From IMG/VR virus record IMGVR_UViG_3300028888_000058, positions 103,060 through 148,414 of that record: a DNA stretch of 45,355 nucleotides. The stretch is one strand, 5' to 3'. Both the position numbers and the translations under genes were made by a program. Source of the DNA: a virus. Taxonomy: Duplodnaviria; Heunggongvirae; Uroviricota; Caudoviricetes. The notes beneath the pieces are model-generated. The model had not been told where the DNA came from, ran no database searches, and worked only from the letters and a program-made list of their open reading frames with translations. Within the stretch, counting starts at the first letter, position 1. Every line of letters starts with the position of its first letter. Below are positions 37,496 through 45,355 of the stretch, piece after piece.

Positions 37496-37806
37496 TGAGT
37501 TATAAGACTGGAGGATATAAGACAAAATATATAAATGAATGTGGATATTATCGTGAAGAGTTTACGATATATTCTGCTGTTGAAAGCGTAAGTGACATAT
37601 GTGTATATAAAATGTTCAATGAAAATGGAAAGGAAGTGGATATATCAGTAAGTGCTGAAGATGATACTGATGCAGTTGGAAAATATTCATTAATTGATTG
37701 TCTTTATTATTTAAAACGAAGAGAAGATAAACATTATGAATGGAAAGAATATGATATCATTATCGAAGAAATGACACCAGAAGAAGTTACAAAATATTTT
37801 GGTTAA
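37495..37806 (+). CDS. hypothetical protein
   Basis: 103 aa; TAATG overlap. Confidence 0.7.
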   Translation: MSYKTGGYKTKYINECGYYREEFTIYSAVESVSDICVYKMFNENGKEVDISVSAEDDTDAVGKYSLIDCLYYLKRREDKHYEWKEYDIIIEEMTPEEVTKYFG

Positions 37807-38030
37807 ATTATTTCAAATTGAAGATTCTTCATATTTGATCCTATAGTCAAATGTTTATTGTTTTTAATAGTATTCACTTCAAATAAGATTTCATTTCCTT
37901 TCATATGCACTTTCTTTATTTTACATATGACATCAAAATTTGGAAAGAATTCACAATCTGAAGTGAATCTAACTTTATGATTTATTAGTTTAGATAATTC
38001 AAAAAGACTATATTTACTTATAGAATTCAT
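37803..38030 (-). CDS. hypothetical protein (lone minus-strand gene)
   Basis: 75 aa beta-rich ORF filling the gap before clpX. Confidence 0.6.
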   Translation of the reverse strand: MNSISKYSLFELSKLINHKVRFTSDCEFFPNFDVICKIKKVHMKGNEILFEVNTIKNNKHLTIGSNMKNLQFEII

Positions 38031-38064
38031 ATAATTTAAAATAATTGTAAATAAAAATAAATAA

Positions 38065-39246
38065 ATGGAACAACAATATTATTGTAGTTTTTGCGGTAAA
38101 AGTTTTGAAGATAGTAGTATATTACTTGCGGGTAATGCGGGTCATATTTGTCCAGAATGCTTAAAGAGATGTAATGCTGAACTAGAGAAATATGAATCAA
38201 AAGTAAATGATAAGACTATGGAAGGAATTCCTAAGCCTAAAGAAATTAAAGAATTCTTAGATCAATATATCATAGGACAAGACAGAGTTAAAGAACGTGT
38301 TGCAGTTGCTGTATATAATCATTATAAGAGAATCAATACAGAAATAGAAGATGATGTAGAAATTGAGAAATCTAATATCTTGATATTAGGAGCAACAGGA
38401 ACGGGCAAAACGATGATAGCAAGAACTATTGCTAAAATGCTTGATGTTCCATTTTGCATCGGAGATGCTACAGTATTGACAGAATCAGGATACGTTGGCG
38501 AGGATGTTGAATCATTATTGGTTAATCTTTATCAAGCATCTGATTATGATGTTGAAAAAACAGAACGTGGAATTGTATTTATTGATGAGATAGATAAAAT
38601 TGCCCGTAAAGGCGATAATGCAAGTATAACGCGTGATGTATCAGGTGAAGGTGTTCAACAAGGATTACTTAAATTACTTGAAGGATCAATTGTATCTATT
38701 CCGCCAAAAGGAGGTCGTAAGCACCCAGATACGCCGCTTGTAAAAATCAACACAAAGAATATATTGTTCATATGTGGTGGAGCATTCGTAGGCATTGAAA
38801 ACAAAATTAAGCAAAGATGCAATAAACAAGTAATCGGATTCAATTCAGATACAGATCATACGATGAAGGATGAAGACTATATGGCAAAGATAACCCCGCT
38901 TGATTTGAAATCTTTTGGACTTATTCCTGAAATCATTGGGCGATTGCCAATCATTACATATACTGATGAATTAGACAGAGATTCATTAATTAAGATATTG
39001 ACAGAACCTAAGAATGCATTAATCAAACAATATAAACGAATATTCAATTTAGATAATATAAAGTTAGACTTCACACAAGATGCTTTAGATTATATTGTTG
39101 ATAAGACTATGGAAAACAAACTAGGTGCTCGTGGTCTTCGCGGAACAATGGAAAACATAATGAATAAAGCAATGTTTAATATGCCGTCAGAAGAAGTAAC
39201 TGAATTTACTGTTGATTTAGATTATGTTAAAAAACAAATTGGCTAA
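38065..39246 (+). CDS. clpX: ATP-dependent Clp protease ATP-binding subunit ClpX
   Basis: YCSFCGK...ICPEC zinc-binding domain, GATGTGKT, IVFIDEIDKIARK, RDVSGEGVQQGLLKLLEG, IGF loop (QVIGFNS), GARGLRG. Confidence 0.96.
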   Translation: MEQQYYCSFCGKSFEDSSILLAGNAGHICPECLKRCNAELEKYESKVNDKTMEGIPKPKEIKEFLDQYIIGQDRVKERVAVAVYNHYKRINTEIEDDVEIEKSNILILGATGTGKTMIARTIAKMLDVPFCIGDATVLTESGYVGEDVESLLVNLYQASDYDVEKTERGIVFIDEIDKIARKGDNASITRDVSGEGVQQGLLKLLEGSIVSIPPKGGRKHPDTPLVKINTKNILFICGGAFVGIENKIKQRCNKQVIGFNSDTDHTMKDEDYMAKITPLDLKSFGLIPEIIGRLPIITYTDELDRDSLIKILTEPKNALIKQYKRIFNLDNIKLDFTQDALDYIVDKTMENKLGARGLRGTMENIMNKAMFNMPSEEVTEFTVDLDYVKKQIG

Positions 39247-39276
39247 CATAATTTACAATTATTTAACATATTTTAT

Positions 39277-39307
39277 AAACTGGGATTTTAACTAATCTCA
39301 GTTTTTT
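39277..39307 (+). terminator. intrinsic terminator after clpX
   Basis: AAACTGGGATT-TTAACT-AATCTCAGTTT followed by a T run. Confidence 0.65.
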
Positions 39308-39339
39308 CTATATTATATAATAAATTAAATAATAAAATT

Positions 39340-39765
39340 ATGGATTGGAATTATCAGGAGTATAAAGAAAAACGTAAGAAACAGAAGAAAGAAGATCCTA
39401 TTGCTTTTAAGTTTCAGTTTATTTATAATATACTTGGACAGATTACAAGTTCAATATGTAATAGAATGAATTATATTGGATGGTCATATAAAGCAGGTTC
39501 TGATTATGAACAGATGGATTATTTCTATCATTGGAAGATGGAGAATTTCAATCATACAAAATCTTATGATTATAATTTGATTAAGAATGATTATAATATA
39601 AAGAATAAAAAGACAAGAGAATATGTAGTTAAATATTTGGAAGAAGCATATAAGTTATTCTTGGAAGGACATAGATTAACTTTTTGTTTTTCTACTGGTA
39701 AGTTTAATTATTATAATTCTTGGTTCTGTAAGAATATTAAAAAATTTAAGGAGGATCGTTGGTAA
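39340..39765 (+). CDS. hypothetical protein
   Basis: 141 aa. Confidence 0.7.
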   Translation: MDWNYQEYKEKRKKQKKEDPIAFKFQFIYNILGQITSSICNRMNYIGWSYKAGSDYEQMDYFYHWKMENFNHTKSYDYNLIKNDYNIKNKKTREYVVKYLEEAYKLFLEGHRLTFCFSTGKFNYYNSWFCKNIKKFKEDRW

Positions 39766-39766
39766 T

Positions 39767-40024
39767 ATGCATATAGATGGTAAAGCGTTTTTTATGACAG
39801 GCCCTAAGGAATTAGAAAAGGCTTGGGATTGGTTACAACATACAAGGGGTGTCTTATATAATTGGGCAGCTGATTATGTAAAATATAAAAATCCTGAATA
39901 TGTTGAATTTTGGTATGGATCAACGATAACAGAAGGTATTGATACAGTTAAGACATTAACAAAAGAACAATTCTTAAAAGAATTTGATCATATTGAATTG
40001 GCTGAAGATTGGGGAATGCTATAA
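39767..40024 (+). CDS. hypothetical protein
   Basis: 85 aa. Confidence 0.7.
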   Translation: MHIDGKAFFMTGPKELEKAWDWLQHTRGVLYNWAADYVKYKNPEYVEFWYGSTITEGIDTVKTLTKEQFLKEFDHIELAEDWGML

Positions 40025-40035
40025 AATAATAAAGT

Positions 40036-40806
40036 ATGTCAAAATTATTTAAAGATCTTAAAGAAGGAAGTCCAGTATTCATGGTAAAATATACTTCTAA
40101 TGTTCCTGATTATTGTAGAGATGATATTAGAAAGTTATATGTTGATAAGATTATATATGGAACAGAATTTGAAGGTGGTGATCTATATAAGTTAAAAAAG
40201 ATTCATGTTTTTGGTGGTGATGAAGTTTATGAAATAAGACATGAAAATAGTGATAGACATGATAGCCTTATTTTAGATTCTGATTTTGCTTATGGAAACA
40301 ATGGAACTAATACAGAAGGATATAGATTTTATACAACATATCAAGGTGCATTGAATTATCTTATTCAAGAGATTCAAGTAAATATAAGTAAACAATTAAA
40401 AAGACTTGAAGATATTGAAACAAGATTAGGTGTATCAGATGAAAACCTTATAACTATTAAGACTAAAAGTGTATATGAGCAAAAGGATCATTGGAGACAT
40501 CTAAAGAAAACTGAAATATATGATACTTGCTGGTTTGATGATAAGGTAAATTGCAATTTTATTGATGAAAACCTTAAAGATAAGAAATACGAAGTTTGGT
40601 CTAAATATGTTGAGTATGATGCGTTAGGAAGAAAAACAAACCAAGATTCTAAATACATTAAAGATGTATTAGTAAAGAAATTTGATACTTTACAAGAAGC
40701 CAATGCATGGGTATTCAAAAATGATAAGTCAAGAACTCCGTGTGAAGAAGGAACACCATTCTTTGAAGGAGATCATTATTATGTAAAAGAAGCAGAAATT
40801 AAATAA
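40036..40806 (+). CDS. hypothetical protein (FxDLKxGD-start family, with extra C-terminal domain)
   Basis: N-term LFKDLKEGSPVFMV; FYTTYQGALNYL followed by a helix. Confidence 0.7.
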   Translation: MSKLFKDLKEGSPVFMVKYTSNVPDYCRDDIRKLYVDKIIYGTEFEGGDLYKLKKIHVFGGDEVYEIRHENSDRHDSLILDSDFAYGNNGTNTEGYRFYTTYQGALNYLIQEIQVNISKQLKRLEDIETRLGVSDENLITIKTKSVYEQKDHWRHLKKTEIYDTCWFDDKVNCNFIDENLKDKKYEVWSKYVEYDALGRKTNQDSKYIKDVLVKKFDTLQEANAWVFKNDKSRTPCEEGTPFFEGDHYYVKEAEIK

Positions 40807-40808
40807 TT

Positions 40809-41987
40809 ATGAATAAGATAGCATTATTACTTTCAGGAGGAGTTGATTCATCAGTTGCATTGCATATGCTTTGTAAAACAGGAGAGAAGCCTGATTGTTT
40901 TTATATACATATAGGTCCTGATGAGAAGGATTCATATAGTTGTACATCCGAGGAGGATATTGAAATGGCTTCCGCAGTTGCTGCAAAGTATGGATGCAAG
41001 TTTGATATAATTGATCTTCATAAGGAGTATTGGGATAATGTTGTTAAGTACACAATGGATAAGGTTAAGCGTGGGTTTACACCTAATCCTGATGTTATGT
41101 GCAATACACTTATTAAGTTTGGAGCATTCTATGATAAGATTGGATATAAATATGATTATATTGCAACAGGTCATTATGCAACAAAAGTAGGATATGTAAC
41201 ATGTAAATGTAAGAATGCTACTGACTGGGTTTCGTCTGATTTTTTTAATCCTTCTGATGTTAAGTGGTGGATATGTCCTGCTAAGGACCCTGTAAAGGAC
41301 CAAGTTGATTTTATTGCAAATATTGATACAAAGAAGGTGCCTCTTGAGAAGATTATATTTCCAATTGGTAATCTTATGAAGGACGAGGTTCGTAAGATTG
41401 CTGAGGAGAATCATCTTGTCAATGCAAAGCGAAAGGATTCACAGGGCATTTGTTTCTTAGGTAAGATTAATTATAATGATTATATTGAGAAGTATCTTGG
41501 AAAGATGTGTGGAAATATTGTTGATATTGATACTGGAAATATCTTAGGAATGCATTATGGACATTGGTTCCACACAATTGGTCAACGTAGAGGTCTACAG
41601 CTTTCAGGAGGTCCTTGGTATGTAGTTAGTAAGGATGCATTAAATAATATTGTATATGTATCAAAGAATTATGATAAGACTAAGGTAACTGAGTTTACTG
41701 TTAATGATATCAATTGGCTTACTGATAATATGATTGATACTTGGTATCATCATACTTATACTGGTGATGGAGATCCAAATTTTATTTGTGATGTAACATT
41801 TAAGATTCGTCATTCTCCAGATACATATACTGGTAAGATGTATTTCAATAATTCAGATACTGATGTTAAGATCATTTCAGATACACCTGTAACTGCAGCA
41901 TCTGGGCAATTCTGTACTTTATATGATAATGATTATTATCATTGCTATGGATGCGGAGAAATTTTGAATAACCGTTTAAATAAATAA
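40809..41987 (+). CDS. mnmA: tRNA-specific 2-thiouridylase MnmA (Bacteroidota-type)
   Basis: PP-loop SGGVDSS, PNPDVMCN, IATGHYA, KDQ, DSQGICF, HTIGQRRGL, GQ(F)C; both catalytic Cys present. Confidence 0.95.
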   Translation: MNKIALLLSGGVDSSVALHMLCKTGEKPDCFYIHIGPDEKDSYSCTSEEDIEMASAVAAKYGCKFDIIDLHKEYWDNVVKYTMDKVKRGFTPNPDVMCNTLIKFGAFYDKIGYKYDYIATGHYATKVGYVTCKCKNATDWVSSDFFNPSDVKWWICPAKDPVKDQVDFIANIDTKKVPLEKIIFPIGNLMKDEVRKIAEENHLVNAKRKDSQGICFLGKINYNDYIEKYLGKMCGNIVDIDTGNILGMHYGHWFHTIGQRRGLQLSGGPWYVVSKDALNNIVYVSKNYDKTKVTEFTVNDINWLTDNMIDTWYHHTYTGDGDPNFICDVTFKIRHSPDTYTGKMYFNNSDTDVKIISDTPVTAASGQFCTLYDNDYYHCYGCGEILNNRLNK

Positions 41988-41991
41988 GAAT

Positions 41992-42354
41992 ATGACTATT
42001 TTGATTTTGATTATTTGTGCACTTGTATTAATAAGTGTCGTTGACTATGATATTAGAAATCGTACAAAGAAACTAGAAAATAAATGCAAGAACTGTTGGC
42101 CAGTTACATTTAAGTTAACAGAAGATGGCTATTTAGTATATTCTGTTAATGATAAAATTTGGACTGAAATTATTAAGTATTCAGAAAAAAATGGAATTCC
42201 TAGATTGGATTATATGAAATTTAATAGTTATGATTCTAATTATAAAAATTTTACAAAAACATTAAGTACAATACAAAATTGCCATTTATGGAATACAAGA
42301 GAATTTAATAAATATAAAGAAGGTCTTAAAAAGTATTTGGAAAACAATAAATGA
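41992..42354 (+). CDS. hypothetical protein with N-terminal TM helix
   Basis: MTILILIICALVLISVV. Confidence 0.65.
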   Translation: MTILILIICALVLISVVDYDIRNRTKKLENKCKNCWPVTFKLTEDGYLVYSVNDKIWTEIIKYSEKNGIPRLDYMKFNSYDSNYKNFTKTLSTIQNCHLWNTREFNKYKEGLKKYLENNK

Positions 42355-42689
42355 TAGCATATATTATCATATTTATATTAATTATCACTAATATTATATT
42401 GTTTGGATATATTAAGATTAAAAAGCCTAGAATAATATATAAGTATCCAGACAATATAGATCGTTATAAAAATGATGTACTTAATAAGATATTTGAATTA
42501 CAACAGAAATATGCATGGAAAGCAGAAGACTTATATAACTTAGCACATCTATCAAATTTCAATAATGAAACACTTAATGCTTTAAAAGAATATTCTAAGT
42601 TTGAAGGTCGCGCGACAATGTGTCAAGATTTAATTGAAGAAATAGAAAATTTAAATATATATGCGAAAGAAAAAGATAGTAACTTGTAG
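42351..42689 (+). CDS. hypothetical protein with N-terminal TM helix
   Basis: MIAYIIIFILIITNIILFGYI followed by a helical region. Confidence 0.65.
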   Translation: MIAYIIIFILIITNIILFGYIKIKKPRIIYKYPDNIDRYKNDVLNKIFELQQKYAWKAEDLYNLAHLSNFNNETLNALKEYSKFEGRATMCQDLIEEIENLNIYAKEKDSNL

Positions 42690-42876
42690 ATATGGAATAT
42701 CTTATGAAGTTGAATTCAAAGGAACTAATGGCGAAATAGTTCGTGGATTTGATCATTGTGAAAAATGCTGTTGTTGGACATGTTATAATCATGATTGTAA
42801 AGAACCACGAAATGAAATTTTAGAAAACTGTGGACATATATGCGAGTTATGGACTAAAAAACATTATTGTGAATAA
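42661..42876 (+). CDS. small Cys-rich hypothetical protein
   Basis: HCEKCCCWTCYNHDC...CGHIC. Confidence 0.6.
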   Translation: MRKKKIVTCRYGISYEVEFKGTNGEIVRGFDHCEKCCCWTCYNHDCKEPRNEILENCGHICELWTKKHYCE

Positions 42877-42877
42877 T

Positions 42878-43147
42878 ATGAAAATAGAAGGAGAACAAAA
42901 GTATTTCAGTGCTTCTGATGCAAGAGAAGTGTCTAATGAAATTGTTAATAATCTAATGAATGAAGAATTAGATTGGATTTATGAGATGATTAATAAAGCA
43001 CGATTTGAAGGAAAATATGAAATTACATTTTCTAACAAAACATTAAGAAAATCTACTAAAGAGTTTCTTATATCAAAAGGATTTAAGATTTCATATTTTT
43101 ATGGGGATCAAAGAGAACCTGCTGATGACACAACAATTTCTTGGTAA
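42878..43147 (+). CDS. hypothetical protein (start revised to ATG 42878)
   Basis: MKIEGEQ... start avoids a 47-bp overlap with the upstream gene; 89 aa. Confidence 0.65.
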   Translation: MKIEGEQKYFSASDAREVSNEIVNNLMNEELDWIYEMINKARFEGKYEITFSNKTLRKSTKEFLISKGFKISYFYGDQREPADDTTISW

Positions 43148-43150
43148 TAT

Positions 43151-43420
43151 ATGAATAAGAAGAATTACGAATCCGTTGAAGAAAGAATCCGAAATTCAGT
43201 AGGAGCTTTCTATAATCATGTTGCATTTATTAATAATCTTAAAGAATTGCGTGAAGATCCTGTCAAATTCAATAAGATGTTAGATATTATTATTAAAGAT
43301 AATGATCATATGCTAAACTCTATTAAATATCTTATTGATGTAGGTCATGTCGTAGATCAATATTTGCCTGAAGATTTTAGCATTAACGATATCTTGGATA
43401 AGTCAAAAATATATAAATAA
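43151..43420 (+). CDS. hypothetical protein
   Basis: 89 aa. Confidence 0.65.
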   Translation: MNKKNYESVEERIRNSVGAFYNHVAFINNLKELREDPVKFNKMLDIIIKDNDHMLNSIKYLIDVGHVVDQYLPEDFSINDILDKSKIYK

Positions 43421-43425
43421 ATAAG

Positions 43426-43698
43426 ATGAAACATATAGCAAGATTATTGATATGTCTTATGTTTGTTACATGTTCTTTTGTGGCATGTGATAAGAATGAT
43501 AGAATTAATATTGGTAAAAACGGAAAAGTATATCCTATCTATATTTATAAAGGAAGCAAATGGGATATCCTTCAAATTAATGATAGTATCATAACAATGA
43601 TTCCTGGTTTAAATGGAAGTAATGATATCAAACCTGTTGTTATCAATATTAATAATCTAAAAAGTAATGAAGATTTAGATAAGATAATGAACGAATAA
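43426..43698 (+). CDS. putative lipoprotein
   Basis: MKHIARLLICLMFVTCSFVA|C signal peptide with lipobox-like FVAC. Confidence 0.6.
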   Translation: MKHIARLLICLMFVTCSFVACDKNDRINIGKNGKVYPIYIYKGSKWDILQINDSIITMIPGLNGSNDIKPVVININNLKSNEDLDKIMNE

Positions 43699-43712
43699 TT
43701 GATTGAAATAAT

Positions 43713-44156
43713 ATGATTGACTATATTAAAATATTAATTATATTTACTGGTGTAGGGTGTATATTATGTGCATTCTGTTGGGCAGTTTATAAAGTTATAT
43801 ATTTAAGCATATCAGATTATCTTAAGCCACGATTTAGACGTAATAAAAAAACTGGAGAAGTTGAATATTACTATCCTAAGCATGATTATTGGTGGAAGCT
43901 TTGTGGTTGGGATGAAAAGAATTCAGAAAGAAATATTGTATGGCATTTATCAGGTAAGGATGTAACAATCAAATATAATGGACCTGGCAGATATGTGTAT
44001 AAGTCTGATTGTGATATGACTCAAAAGGAATGGAGAAAAAATTTTCCTTATAAGAACTTAAAAGAACTTTATGAAGAGCAAACTGAGTATATTAATAATG
44101 AAGATATTATAACATCAAAAATAATACGTGATAGACTAAATAATAATGAATTATAA
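43713..44156 (+). CDS. hypothetical protein with N-terminal TM helix
   Basis: ILIIFTGVGCILCAFCWAVY. Confidence 0.65.
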   Translation: MIDYIKILIIFTGVGCILCAFCWAVYKVIYLSISDYLKPRFRRNKKTGEVEYYYPKHDYWWKLCGWDEKNSERNIVWHLSGKDVTIKYNGPGRYVYKSDCDMTQKEWRKNFPYKNLKELYEEQTEYINNEDIITSKIIRDRLNNNEL

Positions 44157-44358
44157 ATTTAAAGAAGATGGAGATATAATAAACGTAATAGAAGGAGAAA
44201 ATATAATTGCAAGATATCAAGTAGATAAACATTGGGAAGAGAAAAACATATCATTAAGAGATAATTATCTTAATATCAGATTAATGAATATGAATAAAAA
44301 ATATGTTGATTGCAAAGTAGAATTAAATAATGATAATATTCAAAAAATTCCAAAATGA
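44146..44358 (+). CDS. hypothetical protein
   Basis: 70 aa. Confidence 0.6.
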   Translation: MNYKFKEDGDIINVIEGENIIARYQVDKHWEEKNISLRDNYLNIRLMNMNKKYVDCKVELNNDNIQKIPK

Positions 44359-44376
44359 ATAATAAACAATTTTAAT

Positions 44377-44976
44377 ATGAGAAAACTTCTTAGTACTAGA
44401 TATACATATTACAAAGATTTTTATGAGAATGATAATTATAAACGTTATCGTTCTCAGGGAATTGATGAAAAATATGTTCCTAATGAAGAATGGATGTCAG
44501 AATTAGGAAATGAATATTATATGATTTGGGCTCCTCAGACAAATCGTCGTACAAAAATGGAAGTTGTAAAATGCAAAATAACCAGAGGTGAATATGGAGA
44601 ACCAAGAGTATATGGAAAATATCTTGATAAGCCATTTAAAAGTGCAGGGTGGGATCAATATTTTCCACGTTATTGTTGGGGTGATGCGCATGAATTTATG
44701 GGTATTCCTGTAGTTGAAGATAATAAACTTGATTGTTTGGTATTTGATAACGAACAGGAAGCACGTGAATTTTGTAATGCTTATAATGATTGGAAAGAAA
44801 ATAAAAATAAGAAACAAATTAAAGATTATTTGAACTCTGATAAAATTAAAAATGAATTCAAAGAATATCTTGAAAAAATTAAAAATGTGATCAATGATAT
44901 TGATGAAAATGATTCTGAGCATTATTATGGAATGATTAAAGATATTTATTGGTCTGATGAAAGATTTAGAAAATGA
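44377..44976 (+). CDS. hypothetical protein
   Basis: 199 aa. Confidence 0.7.
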   Translation: MRKLLSTRYTYYKDFYENDNYKRYRSQGIDEKYVPNEEWMSELGNEYYMIWAPQTNRRTKMEVVKCKITRGEYGEPRVYGKYLDKPFKSAGWDQYFPRYCWGDAHEFMGIPVVEDNKLDCLVFDNEQEAREFCNAYNDWKENKNKKQIKDYLNSDKIKNEFKEYLEKIKNVINDIDENDSEHYYGMIKDIYWSDERFRK

Positions 44977-45355
44977 AAAACAAACAATTTATTTATACTG
45001 AGAAGGACGCTGAAAAAATGTTTTTTACAAGTGACACACATTTTTGTCATGAAAACATCATCAAATATTGTAAGCGTCCATTTAAGACTGTAGAAGAGAA
45101 TGATGAAGAATTAATTCGTCGTTGGAATGAAAAAGTTCCTAAGGATGGTATTGTTTTTCATCTTGGAGATGTTGCATTTGGTGATCTTAACTATGTTGAT
45201 GATATTCTTAAACGTCTTAATGGTACAATTTATTTGGTAATTGGTAATCATGACTGGAGACGAATTGTTAATCAACACAAATGGCGTTTTGAATTGATGA
45301 CACAACAAATCAATATGAAAATTGGCAAGCGTCATATTATTTTGAACCATTATCC
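44973..45355 (+). CDS. calcineurin-like metallophosphoesterase (3'-truncated; not in ORF track)
   Basis: Hand-translated FFTSDTHFCH...RPF...E.LIRRWN...VFHLGDVA...LVIGNHD...LNHYP, showing the DxH, GD, GNHD and HYP motifs. Confidence 0.92.
   Translation, partial: MKNKQFIYTEKDAEKMFFTSDTHFCHENIIKYCKRPFKTVEENDEELIRRWNEKVPKDGIVFHLGDVAFGDLNYVDDILKRLNGTIYLVIGNHDWRRIVNQHKWRFELMTQQINMKIGKRHIILNHY

Noticed and set aside
276-45350. Antisense or alternative-frame ORFs in the track (e.g. 276..473, 612..980, 12580..12882, 16074..16358, 31152..31538, 32348..32605, 40932..41414, 44503..44922, 45111..45350)
   Set aside because: They are shadows of better-supported genes, with I/F/L/S-rich sequence typical of reverse-read AT-rich coding DNA and no motifs.
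1-45355. Lak-type stop-codon reassignment (TAG=Gln)
   Set aside because: Long genes (1192, 695, 630 aa) are intact in the standard code, with no TAG-fragmented genes. The three TAG stops I noticed (7616, 11782, 29388) end at normal gene boundaries.
1-45355. tRNA/rRNA genes, transposases, integrases
   Set aside because: Intergenic gaps are short and AT-rich, with no cloverleaf or T-loop motifs. No DDE or recombinase motifs were recognised.

Overview
This looks like a gene-dense, very AT-rich segment of a large (jumbo/mega-type) dsDNA phage, read in the standard genetic code. The host is probably a Bacteroidota (Prevotella/Bacteroides-like) species, inferred from Bacteroidota-type MnmA, RecA, ClpX, GH2 and DUF4494-like genes and from the absence of Shine-Dalgarno motifs. 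Recognisable genes: two sigma70-family factors, a two-subunit T4-like topoisomerase II, RecA, ClpX, MnmA, an ACP-like protein, an AAA+ ATPase, a DarG-like macrodomain, a GH2 glycosidase, two BspA/LRR-type repeat proteins, two DUF285 proteins and a metallophosphoesterase. Main observation: 24 mostly unrelated ORFs in three clusters share an N-terminal tag. In 22 of them it reads M-K-x-[IL]-x-x-x-[IL]-x-E with Glu at residue 10, matching the register of the T4 capsid-targeting sequence (MKTYQEFIAE) and its [IL]-x-E prohead-protease site. Eleven carry a second tag, KLIINKNTK, and two tagged genes are flanked by direct repeats. This suggests a modular tag-plus-cargo set of packaged, injected proteins (inference). 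Second highlight: mnmA strongly avoids the AAA/GAA codons whose decoding depends on its own product. No tRNA, rRNA, CRISPR array or transposase was seen. All family calls are by eye from motifs, without database searches.
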